From Vicugna vicugna (Eukaryota), in contig MU057941.1 in assembly GCA_013265495.1 (NCBI GenBank), positions 62,001-126,000 on the forward strand: a stretch of DNA of 64,000 nucleotides, written 5' to 3'. Positions within the stretch are counted from its first letter, which is position 1. Every line of letters starts with the position of its first letter. The position numbers were made by a program, and so were the translations under genes. Below are positions 13,768 to 26,719 of the stretch, piece after piece. Under the pieces are notes generated by a model. That model was not told the DNA's origin, made no database searches, and saw only the letters and a program-made list of their open reading frames with translations.

Positions 13768-14210
13768 AAGTTCTAAGGGTACTGGGAAACCAGGGCTGTG
13801 ATCAAGGAGGGTGAGACCAAGGGTTACCATGCTTGTAAAGCTCTGAAAGAGTCACCATCTGCTCTTGAGAAATGGACGCTCTGTGCATCCAAAAATGCCC
13901 TGACCTGCTTCACAGCTGTCTCCCAGGATCTCCCAGTTTCAAAGGCTGTAGAGGCTCCCACAGATATTCTGCAAGAAACTACTATACAAATTACAACAGC
14001 ATGTCCACGGTAGAATAGAAGATCCATGAACACTAATGTTACCAGGCTGCAAGCCTATTAGCTAAGTGACCTCGTCTTCAAAATCCAACCTTCCAGATGT
14101 TTCCAGGTGTTCTGCAAAAGCCTCGTTGTCTGATACATTGTGGCTGTGATCTCAGCAGAATGCCCAAGGAATAGACATTACCTTTTTTATGAATATTTAC
14201 CTTGGCATAG

Positions 14211-14428
14211 GGCCATGGTTCCTAACTGGGGGCAACTTTGTCCCCCAGGAAGGCATTTAGCTATGTCTGTGGACATTTTTGGTTGTCACATCTCAGGAGA
14301 AGGGAGATGCCACTGGCATCTGGTCGGGAAAGGCCAGGAATGCTGCTAAACATACTACAGTGCACAGACAGATCTGTCCCCACAACAAAGATTAACCATG
14401 TCAACAGTGCAGAGGTTGAGAGACTCTA
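14211..14428. mobile_element. MER20-like hAT MITE
   Basis: ggttcctaactgggggcaactttgtcccc...ggacatttttggttgtcaca...aacagtgcagaggttgagagactct. Confidence 0.8.
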
Positions 14429-15104
14429 GAATAGGGAGATCAAAACTGCTTTCTCTATCCTGCTGTGGTATCTTGTTCAAAATATATTTAATATATATTG
14501 AAGTGTATTTCAAGTGTGACTTCAAGTCAACCTGCTAACAATCCATCAGACTCATGGTTTACGGCCTAGGGTTTGACATATGATTGACAATCAAAAATCC
14601 AGACATAAGAATTAATTTTAGAGATATACTTTCTGTTACACTGTATAGCATTTCATTTATGAGGCTTGCACTTCTGTCTCAATAGATTTCCGTATTTTAT
14701 CACTGTGTCTTCAAAATTGTCATTTAACCCTAACACTAAATGAAGTTGACTCCTGCTCATTTGATAGAATTTGCAATTTCAAAGGCTATTAATCCCTCAT
14801 GGTCCCCACCCTGCCGAGCCCTGCAGAGGCAAGACTCCAGACTGGCTTCTGCTCCTAAGTGTTTATCTCAGGACAGCTTCAGGTGACCTAAGGAGAAGGG
14901 TGATAAAGACATGGAGACTGACCCTTCAAGCTAAGGGATATATTAACGAGCATATATAAGAAACAGAATGTTAGGAGATAAAATCATTCCAGAAAACCCC
15001 ATTCTTACGTCTTTATGAGATTCTAGAATTCGGGGAATGGTTTTCTGTGCTCTAAATGTGAGTTGGGTGAACATCTTACTACGCATCCTAGACATCAGAC
15101 CAAG

Positions 15105-15258
15105 AAGCATGCTTTGCTGTGCTTATGGATCACCTGGGGATCTTGTTAAATGCAGATCCTGATTCAGCAGCCTGAGGCAGAGCCGAAGAGTCTGCATGTC
15201 TAACAAGCTTCCAGGTGACGCGGATGCTGCTGGCCTGTGGACCACCTTTGAGTAGCGC
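15105..15258. mobile_element. MER5A-like MITE
   Basis: atcacctggggatcttgttaaatgcagat...ctgcatgtctaacaagcttccaggtga...ggaccacctttgagtag. Confidence 0.75.
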
Positions 15259-15564
15259 CAGGATGTAGAGGATTTACGTAGCATTTGTTAGGGTCCGTCA
15301 CTATTTAAAAGCCACAGGGTCATAACTTTTAGTATTTAGAAATTATTTCTGTTCTGTCACTACCTTCATTATGCAATGATGTAGAAATCCTTGGGTCTTT
15401 GCTCCTTCGAGGGTCTAGAAAAAGGGAACTTTTATATCAACTGAAAGTAACAGAATGGCTGTAGATAATAATCAGTAGGCATCTACTCTGACTTGAAAGA
15501 TGGTCCATGTTCAAAATTTATGTCAAATATTTGCTCTTTCAAGTGTACTATTTATAGAAAAAGA

Positions 15565-15912
15565 GATCAGAGGCAGGGGGAGGTGGAATTGGGTGAAAGT
15601 GGTCAAAAGGTAGAAATCTCTAGTTTTATAAGATAAATAAGTACTAGGGATGAGGTGTACAACATGATAAATATAATTAATGCTGTTGTATGTTATATAT
15701 GAAAGTTAAGAGAGTAAACCCTGAGAATTCTCATCACAAGGAAAAAAGAACTTTTTTTTCTTTTATCTTGTGTCTGTATGAGATGATGGATAGTCACTAA
15801 ACTTATTGTGGTCATCACTTCATGATGTTAAGTCAAGTCATTTTGCTGTACATATTAAACTTACACAGTCCTGTATGTCAATTACATCTCAACAAAACTG
15901 GAAGGGAAAAAA
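15565..15912 (+). mobile_element. L1MA-like 3' end
   Basis: gtggtcaaaaggtagaaa...tataagataaataagtactagggatg...tgtatgtcaattacatctcaacaaaactggaa. Confidence 0.75.
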
Positions 15913-17419
15913 GATATAATAGCATCTTATAGCTGAACAATCAAAGCCGCTGGATCAGAAAGCAGCAGAACCAGCTACCAATTCTGCTGCTGGAGAGTCA
16001 GGAAGCCTCTGTAGACCCCAACATGACATTTCTACATCCCAAAAGACCAGGACTTCCAGGTGAGGAAAATGTATTATTAGTACTTAAACTACGCATCTAC
16101 CTTGTATATGCTCTTTTGTATGTATATTTCATATCACTAACAATTACTTTAAAAGTTAAATGGTGTCATTTTTGGTAAGTTAGAGACTTACGTTCTCTTT
16201 TAGGTTAATATTTTAGTTACTCTGTATGTAGGGCCAGGTCAGACTATCCTACAGAACAAGGATGCTGATGTCTGCCAAAAAGATACCGCGTGGTATGAAC
16301 TCCTAAAGAGGTTTTTAAATACTTCTATAAGTATATATATTCAAAATTAGGCAAGTTAGCAAATGATGTGCTTATAAATGAAGACTGTAAATCATAATCT
16401 GATAGAGATTTCGAATGAAGTATTTCATAGTAGAGCTGAAAGGAATTCCAGCCTTTCCTTAGGAGTTGTGCCTTTTATGGGGTCTCAAAGTTCAGCCAGA
16501 CACACAGAATTTTTGCAAACTTTCTTACAGTATAACATCTGCTGACCTCCTGGGAATAGGTGATGGACGTCCCAAGTACACACTGAAGGAGAGAACTTTG
16601 ACAGAGGTTTACACAGGCTATGACGGGGCTCATTATTGCACAAGCCATTCCCAATTACATCTTCTCCCACCACCAAAACAAACCACTAGCCATAACAAAC
16701 AGTAGAAGTACCAGAAAACAAAGAGACAGTGAGCTTGCAAATGTGGCCCCTCCTCCCCGGTTTAGAACTGACTCTCTTCTTGAATTCTTGGTATCTGGAT
16801 GCTTGTGGCTCCTACCTTTGAGCATGGGGAGGTCTCCCCTCTCCAGTTTGCAGCATTAAGCAAACATCACAGTTCAATGAAGGTTAAGAGTTGCAATTCT
16901 CTCTCCCCAGTCACAACAGGAGCCTATCGTCAGAGGAAACCCTGGGTGTCGGTATGATGAAACACTACCCAGGAGACTACAGGGAAAGGGAATACCGACA
17001 AAGGTGAGCTTGAAATGTTGGCAGAACAAAGACCTCCACTCCTTTAACTGGAACCCAGAATAGGTCATTGCATTTCCATGGGAGAATTCCTCATTTGATG
17101 CTTCTTGCAACAGGCAGATTTGCTTAGGGGACAGCTAAGGTTTGTCCATCATTTTGTCAATCATACTATGAGGTACTTTTATCAATCTAATCTAATGGGT
17201 AATATTGAGAACTACCCAGCCCTAACCATATGTGGAGTGTCTTAGTACAGCTGCTTTTAGTTAAAGCTAAGGGTGATGGTGGGGAGAAGAATAGGATAAA
17301 TGTTGATCACATGACCATTTTAAGACGTTAAATAGAAACTAAGAGTCATAAACCACTGGAAAGTGACTTCTCCTTCCCCATCACTGTTAAATTAAAAACA
17401 TTCACATTTCTCTTTGAGT

Positions 17420-19630
17420 TTCATGTCCAAAAGAAATGGATTTATCCAACTGATTTGAAAACTTATGTCTACAAAAAACCCTGCACATAAGTAACAGTGG
17501 TATGAAGTCACCAAAAACTAGCAGTGGCTTCTTTCAACAAGTGAATGGACACATAAAAGGTGTGGTGCTTCCATAAAATGGAATAATACTGAGTGATAAA
17601 AACAAACAAGCTACCAGACCACAAAGACATGGAGGGACCTTAAGTGCGTATTGCTACGTGAAAAAAAAAGAAAGTTGGAAAAGGCTACATACTGTATGAC
17701 TCCAATTACTCCCTATCTGGCATTCTGTAACAGGCAAAGCTATAGGAACAACAAAAAGCTCGGTGCTTGCCAGGGGCTCAGGGGAAGGGCGTATCATGGA
17801 GAGGTGAGTCACAGGGGACGTTCTGACAGTGAAACCCTTCTTCTTTCCCCCTACAATACCTGTAATAAACTTTCTTTTTTTTTTAGTTTCATCTTAAGAG
17901 TGTTTAAAATTTTTAAAAATTCAGTTACTATAAAGTGTTGGCTGCATTCCCTATGCTGCACGATAGATACATCCTTGCAGCCTACCTTATACCCAAAAGT
18001 TTGTACCTCCCACTCCCTCTACCCGTATGACACGCCCCCAACACACCCACTGGTAGCCACTAGTTTGTTCCCTGTAAGTCTGCTTCTTTTTTGTTATATC
18101 CACTAGTTTGTTGTATTTTTGAGGTTCCACATGTAAGTGATACCATACAGTGCTCGTCTCCCTCTGTCTGACTTACTAGGCGAAACTATTCTTTGTGATC
18201 CTCCCCTGGCTTGACATGGTGCATTTGTCAGAACCCACAGAACTAAGAGCCCAAAGACTACCTTGATGTGTGCAGCTTGAAAAACCATTTAGCGTCAGGT
18301 GATTCCAGTAAGGAATGCAGACTGTAAAAGCCTGCATTACGAGTGTATGATGCAATCTCATGGAAGGGGGCGAGGGTACAGGGTGCTGACCCAAGCGGTC
18401 TGAAAGTGAAGGGAGTCTGCAGGACCAGACGCAAAAGGGCCCGGACTTAAGCACAGCACGCCAGCTGACGAAGCTGTGCCACAGGGCTATAGGGTGGTGA
18501 TTCTGGTACTGCTCTACACGCATCCTGAAGTTGAACAACTAAGTAAATGGCCAATGTTGAGAGTCAGGCCTCTCCTCTTGGACTGAGAGTTTATAGACAA
18601 GCACAGGAAGGAGGCTAGAATGAGCCATGTGGTAACACATGAGCTCATGTTTAGCTTGACAGATAGACGGTTACATATAGATAAGTGCGCACACACAGGT
18701 TAGTAAATGCACATACATTTGTTTGCTCTGTCAGCTGGAAAGGCCTAAAAGAAATGACACCCTAGCAAGAAGCCCACTGTAAGCCCAGATACTTGCTTCT
18801 AATACCATTCTCCAGTAAAAGGAACCAGGGTTTACTGGAGAAACAGTTGAATGAAGGATTGGAAGAGAAATACAGATGATGAGTCTGGAGCATCTCGTGG
18901 TGCTAGAAAGTAAGGAAGTGATAAACCACACACACACAGTGATGGGAATAAGTCAAAGGGACACAGAAGCCAACTAAAAGAGCTCCAACTGGCCAAATTT
19001 GGGACAATATGAACAACAACAAAAAAAGGTAGAATTGGACTATAACTCAAAGTGTAAAATAAATATCTACATATCTATATTGATTTAAATAACTGCTCAA
19101 TTAAATGAATAAAGGGTGAGAAGAGGCAAATTTCCCAAGCAAAAGAATTCAAGTAATTTATGTAGATACTCTGCCCTCAAGACCCTTCTTGCATAACTCC
19201 CCGCTCCTTGAGTGTGGGCTGCCTATGGTGACTTCCTTACAAAGAGTACAGTACAGAAAGGGGGCGAAAGAGTAAGTTTAGAGTGGAGAACCTGGCAAAT
19301 ACTCCTCAGTCAGGTGTTCAAAGTCAATGTTAACAGAAAATGGCATTTTACCTGTGATCTAAATCACCAAACCAATAACCCATCTAATCATGAGAAAACA
19401 TCAGACAACAGAGGAGCACCCTATAAGGTACCAGAGCAGTGCGCCTCCAAACTGTCCAGGTCATCAACAGCCAGGGAAGTCTCAACACTGTCACAGCCAA
19501 GAGGAGCCTAAAGAGTCATGGACAAGCCAAAGAAATCTGCTGTGCTGGACGGGACCCTGGACAGAAAATGAAGATCAGGTTAAAAAAAAAAGTGTTAGAT
19601 TTAAAAGACATAAAATATTTTAAAAAGAAA
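17420..19630 (+). mobile_element. L1MC-like element interrupted by an antisense L1 fragment (~17880-18175)
   Basis: Sense L1 3' text breaks at gaaac near 17835 and resumes near 18182 (gaaactattctttgtgat). The intervening piece reads as a reverse L1 3' end (ttccacatgtaagtgataccatacagt). Confidence 0.65.
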
Positions 19631-20466
19631 GAGAAAAAAAGGAACTGTCGCCACAGAATAAACTGACAAAGGGGCCTTCCACTCCATTTAGAGGCAGAGT
19701 TCAAATTTCCAATACATTTCTTCACACTCTTTTCTTCAGTCCACTAAAAAGGTGTAGAGATGGAAGCAGGATCAAGCTAATGGTAAACAATGAAGTGACT
19801 AATCTCCCTCAGTCCCATCTCCCCAAATAAGAAGGCTGTAGCGGGCAAACCCACGGTCCTGAAAGCTCTAATAGCTGTCAATCCAAAGCTGTACTCCTCC
19901 GCCTTTCTACATCGGACTATATGAGAGTCGTGCAAATTTCCGTGGCCATGACAGGCTGCCAAGACTTGGCTTATTCACAGCAGCACGGGTGCTGAGGGAG
20001 CGTACTTGTAAATCCGGCACCCAGCATTTCAGCAAGTTTCAGGATGATGTCAAGTTTCCACATTTTCAGCAGTTCTTTTGAAACAAGCCCTTAAATATTC
20101 TCATGAACACGCAGACGAAAATGAGCGGTGGTTTTAATTTTCTGTAACGCGTATCTTTAACCAACAGGTGCAGCTCTATTTACTAGGCTCTATGATTTCT
20201 CCTATAAAGGGCTTGGAAGTGCGTCACTATAAATTTCAAATTCCTGTATAAGAGTATATCCCCAGGTGTCTCACTGAAATGGACAGAATGGAAAATAAAA
20301 ATAAATATGAGGCAAAGAAATACAACAGCAAAGGGGAAGGAAACCATGCTTTCCAATCTTTCAAAATACAGGTAACAATCAGGTTCGTGGTAGGATTTTT
20401 GTTTCTCACATTATTAATTCAGGAAAAGAACATTTTTTTACTTTCTTTTCACTAAGTATGTATCTT

Positions 20467-20830
20467 TGTTAAAAAACAAAGTTCAATCGAGTAAATGTAA
20501 AGATCTAATTGGTTTTATTCAAGAGACATGAATAGGGTAATATCCTATCTAAGGAGAAGGGTGCTCTAGTACAAAACCAAGGCTTTTATAGGCAGAAGGA
20601 GGGAGGGACAAAGAGGTTAAAAGAGTGGATTATTTCAGGCAAGGTCACCTTCCCTCAGGGGAGAGCAGGGTCTTCTCTATCAGATTACCTCACTAGTGTT
20701 GGTCAGGAAATTTCAGATTGATTGGTTTAAAATTCCACTCCTGGCTGAAACTGCAATTAAGTTAGGTACTAAGTCTTGGTGGGGCTTAGCATAAATGACT
20801 CCATCTGGGGCCAAAGGTTTCTTTTTAACA
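20467..20830 (-). mobile_element. ERV1-like solo LTR
   Basis: TGTTAAA...TTTAACA inverted termini; minus-strand AATAAA (tttatt 20514-20519) and TATA-like ttttata. Confidence 0.65.
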
Positions 20831-23509
20831 CTTGGAACTCCTTGATATGAAACTTCATCACGCTCATTGCAAAAATATATTCTTTTGAAATCCTTTGTCT
20901 CATTTAAGTAGTAAACTTTGCTGAGTTTGTGTTAAAACTACCAAGGAATCAAGTAAAATGTTTCTAAATGGAACAGCTGGCAATTTCTTTGCTATTCAGT
21001 TTTCAAGCATAGTTAAAGCCACCTGTGGCCGTGAGCATCGTTTGTGGAATGCTCTGAATGGTGAACAGTGTTTGTGGGGCTCTTTCCCGGCCTCCACCTC
21101 TACAACCCCAGGGGACGTCATTGGGATTTGGGATGAAGCCTTATCACTCACCACTAAGCAAAACCATCTCCTCCTCAAGGGCAAAGTGGTGTAAAATATT
21201 CATACCCCTTGCAATTACAACTGGAAAAGACCAAGGATCCAATTATGAAATGCCTTGAGGAGTACAGAGTGCTCTTTGGGCATTCAGAATAGGCATCTTT
21301 AAACTCTTTTTTAAAACGCATTCTTCATTCCTTTACTCACTTAAAAAATGATTAGCACCTATTATGTTCTGGGTACTGTTTTAAGTGCAGTGGGGGGGAC
21401 GGGGAAAAGACAAAAATATATGCCTTCACAGAGGTAAGAACACACATAGATGAACATATAAATTTATTCCATACTTTTTAATATTGATTAGTATTTCCGT
21501 GAATGGGTATTCATGACATATTCATTCAGTCTCCCACTGATGGGTACATAGGTTTTTTTCCACTTGTTTTTCTATTACAAACATTGCAATCTTGTGTATA
21601 TAGTGCTGCACCTGTATGGCTAAGTGTACAAGTTAAATTTCTGGAAGTAGAACTGCTTGGCCAATGGATTTGTGCATTCTAAGTGTTGATAGATAACTCC
21701 CAAGTTGCCCTCTTAAAGATGCTGCCTCAGTTTATCCCACCACCAATACAAGTTGAGAATCCCTCAACTGCAGATGTATTTAAAGGGTAGAAAAATGGGC
21801 CACAAAGGACTAGAGCTGTACCAGGACCTGAAGGATCATCTAACCCAACCCCCTAAGCAAATGAAAATGCTTTTTCTGGGTAAGCAGCCACCCTGTTTAT
21901 TTCAAGGTCGCTATGTGACAAGTGTGTCCCCAGCTCAAATTCACAAGTTCAACAGATGAAGGTGGTTTGTCTTTCAACACAAATCATCTTTCATCAAGTT
22001 GATCATGATCCTCCCTGGGGGCAATACTCTACTTAGCACTCTGGGCTCCGGACGTGCCTGGGCACCGTAAGCCCCAGAAGAAACAGGGACAGGACTCTTT
22101 CATTACAAGCAGGCACATTTCATTTCTTAATTTGAGGCATTTCTCCCACATACAAACCTATGTCATTCTTTCAGGGAGGCAACAGTGGGAACATTTCTGC
22201 TGGGATAGTTCGAGTCTTTGGCTAAACCCTTCATTCTGATGAATTAATTCGTAAGGAAAACATCTCTGCATAAGACATGTTTATTTCTACTAAGGTAGTT
22301 TCCTAATATAATTATTATTAGTTGTTAGCAAAATATACAATACCAGTATTCTTAAGTAGTATTTATGGAGCACTTGACAAGTGAAAATATTTCTTTAATC
22401 TGATCAAAAAAAAAAAAAAGGACTCACTTTGCTTTGGAGCAGGACTCACTTTGCTTTGGATGAGATAGAGTCCCTTAATTTTTCTTAGTAGAGTAAATGT
22501 TTATTCACAAGTCAGGAAATCAAGTTCTTGCCTTTCTCGAAGCTCAGTAAACTGACAGATGCTCTGTATCCAATTACCTTTCCAGACATTCTAGCTTTCC
22601 ATGGGAGCTATTTCAAGGCCATAATTCTACAGGCAGTTAGAACGCTGGTGGGGTTGCTGGGAACTAATTTCACTGCCCCTTCCCCCTTTTCTATCTACTC
22701 TGCCATCTTTGGCCTCAGTTCCCCTTCCATCCCTGCATTCTACAGTGTCATAAGGTCCTCTTCTCTCGTACCCGAGACCACCTCTCATCTTATTTCACTC
22801 CAACTTCGTCCTGTCCACCTCCTCCTCTTTCCCTTCTGACTCTCCAAGCCCTACACTCCCACCACCAGTGTCCTCACTCCTAAAACCTACACTGGTCCTC
22901 AATTCCTACAGCCTCCTCCCTCTAACTTCTCAGCCTGCTGCCTTAACTCCTCCCTCTACATTTTACTCCAATCACCAGTCACCCTCACACTTTTCCATTA
23001 ACAAGAGCACATCTGTAACTTCCTTGACCTTGACATGTCAATAGCCTACAATTCTGAGCTTCCAAATCACTGTTTCTACTTCACAGAATGCTGATACAAC
23101 CCCACTGTTACCATGGGTGCAAACTTTCCCCATAGAAACGCTGCATTTTCAACAGCCCATTTTGACAGAAAGTGGCAGAGTGTCAAGGGCCATCTATTAC
23201 ATTTCAATTACTTCAAGTGGGAATTTAAATGCAGGCAAAAAAGTAATAAACCTAAAATGTTGAATTTAAACCACACTGAGAAGGAAAAAGGAAAAGCTAG
23301 AGGGAACTACCTTTGATAGAAAAAAATCAGTTTTTTGAGACTCAGCAAGGTCTTCCCAATTTCCAAGTTCCTTTCTTATATTCAAGCTCCTTTCTTATCA
23401 AAATTAAAAGTCGCAAATACTGGCACAGGTATTTCTTGAGAAGTAGAAATCCTACCGTGACCATACTGCAATGAGATAGTTACTTAAATAACTAAAGATA
23501 TCACATATT

Positions 23510-24220
23510 CACAAATGCTGCAGCTGCTATGGAAAACAGCATAGAGGTTCCTCCAAAAAATTAAAAATAGAACTACCAGATGATCCAGCAATCCCGCTTC
23601 TGGGTATCTATTCAAAAGCACCGAAATCAGGACCTCAAAGAGGTATTTACACTCGCATGTTCACTGCAGTGTTAGTCACAAGAGCCAAGATGTAGAAACA
23701 AATGTACATCAATGGAAAAATGGATAAAGAAAATGTGTTTTACTTTATGTTGCACACCAGAAATTGAAACACTGTATCTGACTATACTTCAGTTTAAAAA
23801 GAAAGAGAGAAAAAAATAAAAATGCTTAAAAAAAAAAACTGTTTTATACATACAATGGAATATTATTTGGCCCTTAAAAAGAAGGAAATCCTGCCATTTG
23901 CCACAACATAGATGAACCTTGATGACATCATAGTAAGTGAAATAAGTCACAAAAGGCTAAATACTGCATGATTCCACTTATATGAGGAATCTAAAATAGT
24001 CAAACTCAGAAGCAGAGCAAAATGGTGGTTCCAGGGACTGCAAGGAGGGGGAAATGAGGAGTTGCTATTCAAAAGATATAACGTTTCAGTCACAGAAAAT
24101 GAGTAAGTTCTACAGATCTGCTGTACAATGCCGTGTCTACAGTTAACAGTACCATATTGTACACTTTAAAAATTATTAAGAGGCTACCCTTATGTTCAAT
24201 GTTCTTACTATTAAAAAAGT
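23510..24220 (+). mobile_element. L1MA-like 3' region with a nested younger L1 tail (~23742-23838)
   Basis: gctatggaaaacagcatagaggttcctc...tgatccagcaatcccgcttctgggtat...gaaggaaatcctgccatttg. The insert has an A-rich tail flanked by imperfect tgtttta repeats. Confidence 0.8.
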
Positions 24221-24729
24221 TGACACCAGAGTTCTTTGGCTAATGTTTATAATCAAACAAACAAATGTCAGTGTTTGCTATTTCCCAGATAACTGGTATG
24301 TGCTAGGATGAGGGTGTGCACTTAACGACTAACTGTACATTGATGAGCACACAGCATAGCCCCAAGAGCCAGTGCATGGTTAGAGGACAGGGAACAGGAA
24401 AGCACTGAGTCACCTGGAGCAGGCCAGCCAATGGCAACCACCGCCTAGTCCTCAGTCCCAGCAGAGGCCGGGCAGGGCTAAGGGAGCCAAGAACACTGGA
24501 GGAGAATCCGCTCTACCTCATCTTGGCCCTCTGGTCCCCTAGTGTGACAAACAACTTCAGCAGAAGCACCTCCCATGACCTTTCAGCCTCCTGTCTCTTC
24601 CCTCTGAATCCTACTCTTTCCCATTCCAACCCTCAACTGCTCCTTCTACCCCACCTACCCCAGGAGAAACAAAACATAACAAAACAACAAAACTGTAGCT
24701 ATCCACTGATGTTTCAAAACACAGGCCCT

Positions 24730-24815
24730 GGGGGGAGGTTACAGCTCAGTGGCAGAGCACATACTTAGCATGCACAAAGTCCTGGGTATCCCAGTACCTC
24801 CATTAAAAAAAAAAA
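24730..24815 (+). mobile_element. tRNA-derived SINE (camelid Vic-1-like)
   Basis: ggggaggttacagctcagtggcagagcacatacttagcatgcacaaagtcctggg...cagtacctccattaaaa; homologous to 54634-54720; B box damaged. Confidence 0.85.
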
Positions 24816-25879
24816 CCCACAGATACCATAACCCCCATCCTCCACTCACATAAGCATACATATGTTGATTAGAATGAAGGAAGATACATAGATGTCTGGT
24901 CTGCACAGATATAAAATAAAAAAGGAAAGAATCAGAATAATGAAAATGAATACATCAGTGCTCTATAAAAACATAAAACCAGATACTGTGAACTAGAAAC
25001 TATCGACATTATTACTAGCATAAAATGAGGTGAAAAGAAAACCAGTTTCTCCAATAATAATCACCTTTACAAAGTAAAATACCTTAAAAAGTAAGTAACA
25101 GGTAGAGCACTCACAGAGCATGTTTATAAAAGTATCCTAAATCAGATCGCTAAGGCAGAGTCTCCACTTTTCTGCTAAAATCTTGCTACTGTGCTCATTC
25201 ATCGTTGCTTAGTAAAGACCCACACCCACTACTTCTCACCAATTTGCCAGTTCATCTGACAGATTCTGCTGACGTACCAAAAGAAGAAAATTATTTCTAC
25301 AAGCAATTCAGAGTTTTGCTTAAAGATGTGGTTTTTAGGAGCAAAATGTTTCTGAAATCAGAGTTTTCCAGCAGTGAAATACACACATAACCAAGTTACT
25401 GTTTGCTCTAAAATTGCCATCATATTATTTCAAAGGCAGACTACATTTTTTGTTGTTGTTGTTTTGTTTTGGTAGCCTCAGGCCTAAATTGGGTTAAGTT
25501 TAAACACTATTAGATTAACATGTAGAAGGGACTGCAGGTGCTGGTAATGTTGTTTTTGCCTGGATGCTGACCCCCTGGTGCATTCAGTTTGTAAAAATCC
25601 ACCAAGCTATAATCATAGGGATGTTTACTTTTTTGTATTTATATTATACTTCAGTAGAGTTTTAAAAATAAAGATGCTTTCTTCATTGAAAGATACAGAA
25701 GACCTAGACATCTCTATGGATATGGTTTACCAACAGCCTACCTGGTTAAACTACTGCAATAGTTGCTACTTGAAACCAAGCAAGGATAAGTTCAGGCACC
25801 AAATCTTATGCCCTGGAAGTGCATTTTGACTTTTGGGGGCATGTCCAAGCATGCTGAACAATATCCTTTCTCCCCTCCC

Positions 25880-26158
25880 CCAGCTTCACTGACATTGTAT
25901 AACATTGTGTGAGTTTAAGGTCTACAAAGGGTTGACTTGATACTCATGTATTGCAAAATGATTACCTCCATAAACCTCTCCATCATGCCACATAATTACC
26001 ATTTTTTTTGTGTGTGGTGAAAACATACAAGATCTATCTACTGTCTTAGCAACTTCCAAGTATGTGTGACACAGAATTATTAGCTATAATCACTAGATTG
26101 TCCATTAGATCCCCATAACTCATTCATCTTACAACTAGAAGTTTGGACCCTTTAAACA
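25880..26158 (-). mobile_element. L1MA-like 3' end, antisense
   Basis: acattgtgtgagtttaaggtctacaa...cttagcaacttccaagtat...attcatcttacaactagaagtttggaccctttaa. Confidence 0.7.
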
Positions 26159-26719
26159 ATAATGATTAAACAGATGGGTTTTGCTCTCATGTTGCTTGGG
26201 GGTAGGGCTGTGGCTAGACATTGCAGGAAAAAAACTGCTCTGTAACCACAGCAATCCCCAAGAGATTCTGCTCAGCCATGACCAGCTGTGCCTGTCTGTC
26301 TATCAGGCAGTTCAAATTCAGGGATGTCAGAGCCAGTTGCTACCTATTCACAAAGCCACACACCTACTGTCTCTCTCTGTCTAAAACCCTTCCCTTCCCT
26401 TCCTCCCCCAGGACATCTCCACTGGACGTCTAGAACCCATTTCACCACTGGCTCTTCCCTTCTGCCTTCAAACAAGCACACACACTCCTATTAAAGGGTG
26501 TTGTGGGGAGAAGCTTATCTTGACTCCATTGGCCTTTCAATTGTTTCTCTCCTTATACTTGTGGATTGCTTGCCTCTGGATCAGCCAATCTCTTTCGGCC
26601 CTTCCCAGTATCCTCTGGTTTCTGTTTGGGTATCTAGACAGTTCCAGGGAAGACGATTCCGCTCCTGCTACCTCCAGGGATGGATGGGGCACGTGCCCTG
26701 AGCCAAAACTGAAGTCGTG

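Noticed and set aside
24730..24815. Possible tRNA gene (also 54634-54720)
   Set aside because: Poly-A tails and a TSD identify these as tRNA-derived SINEs, not tRNA genes.
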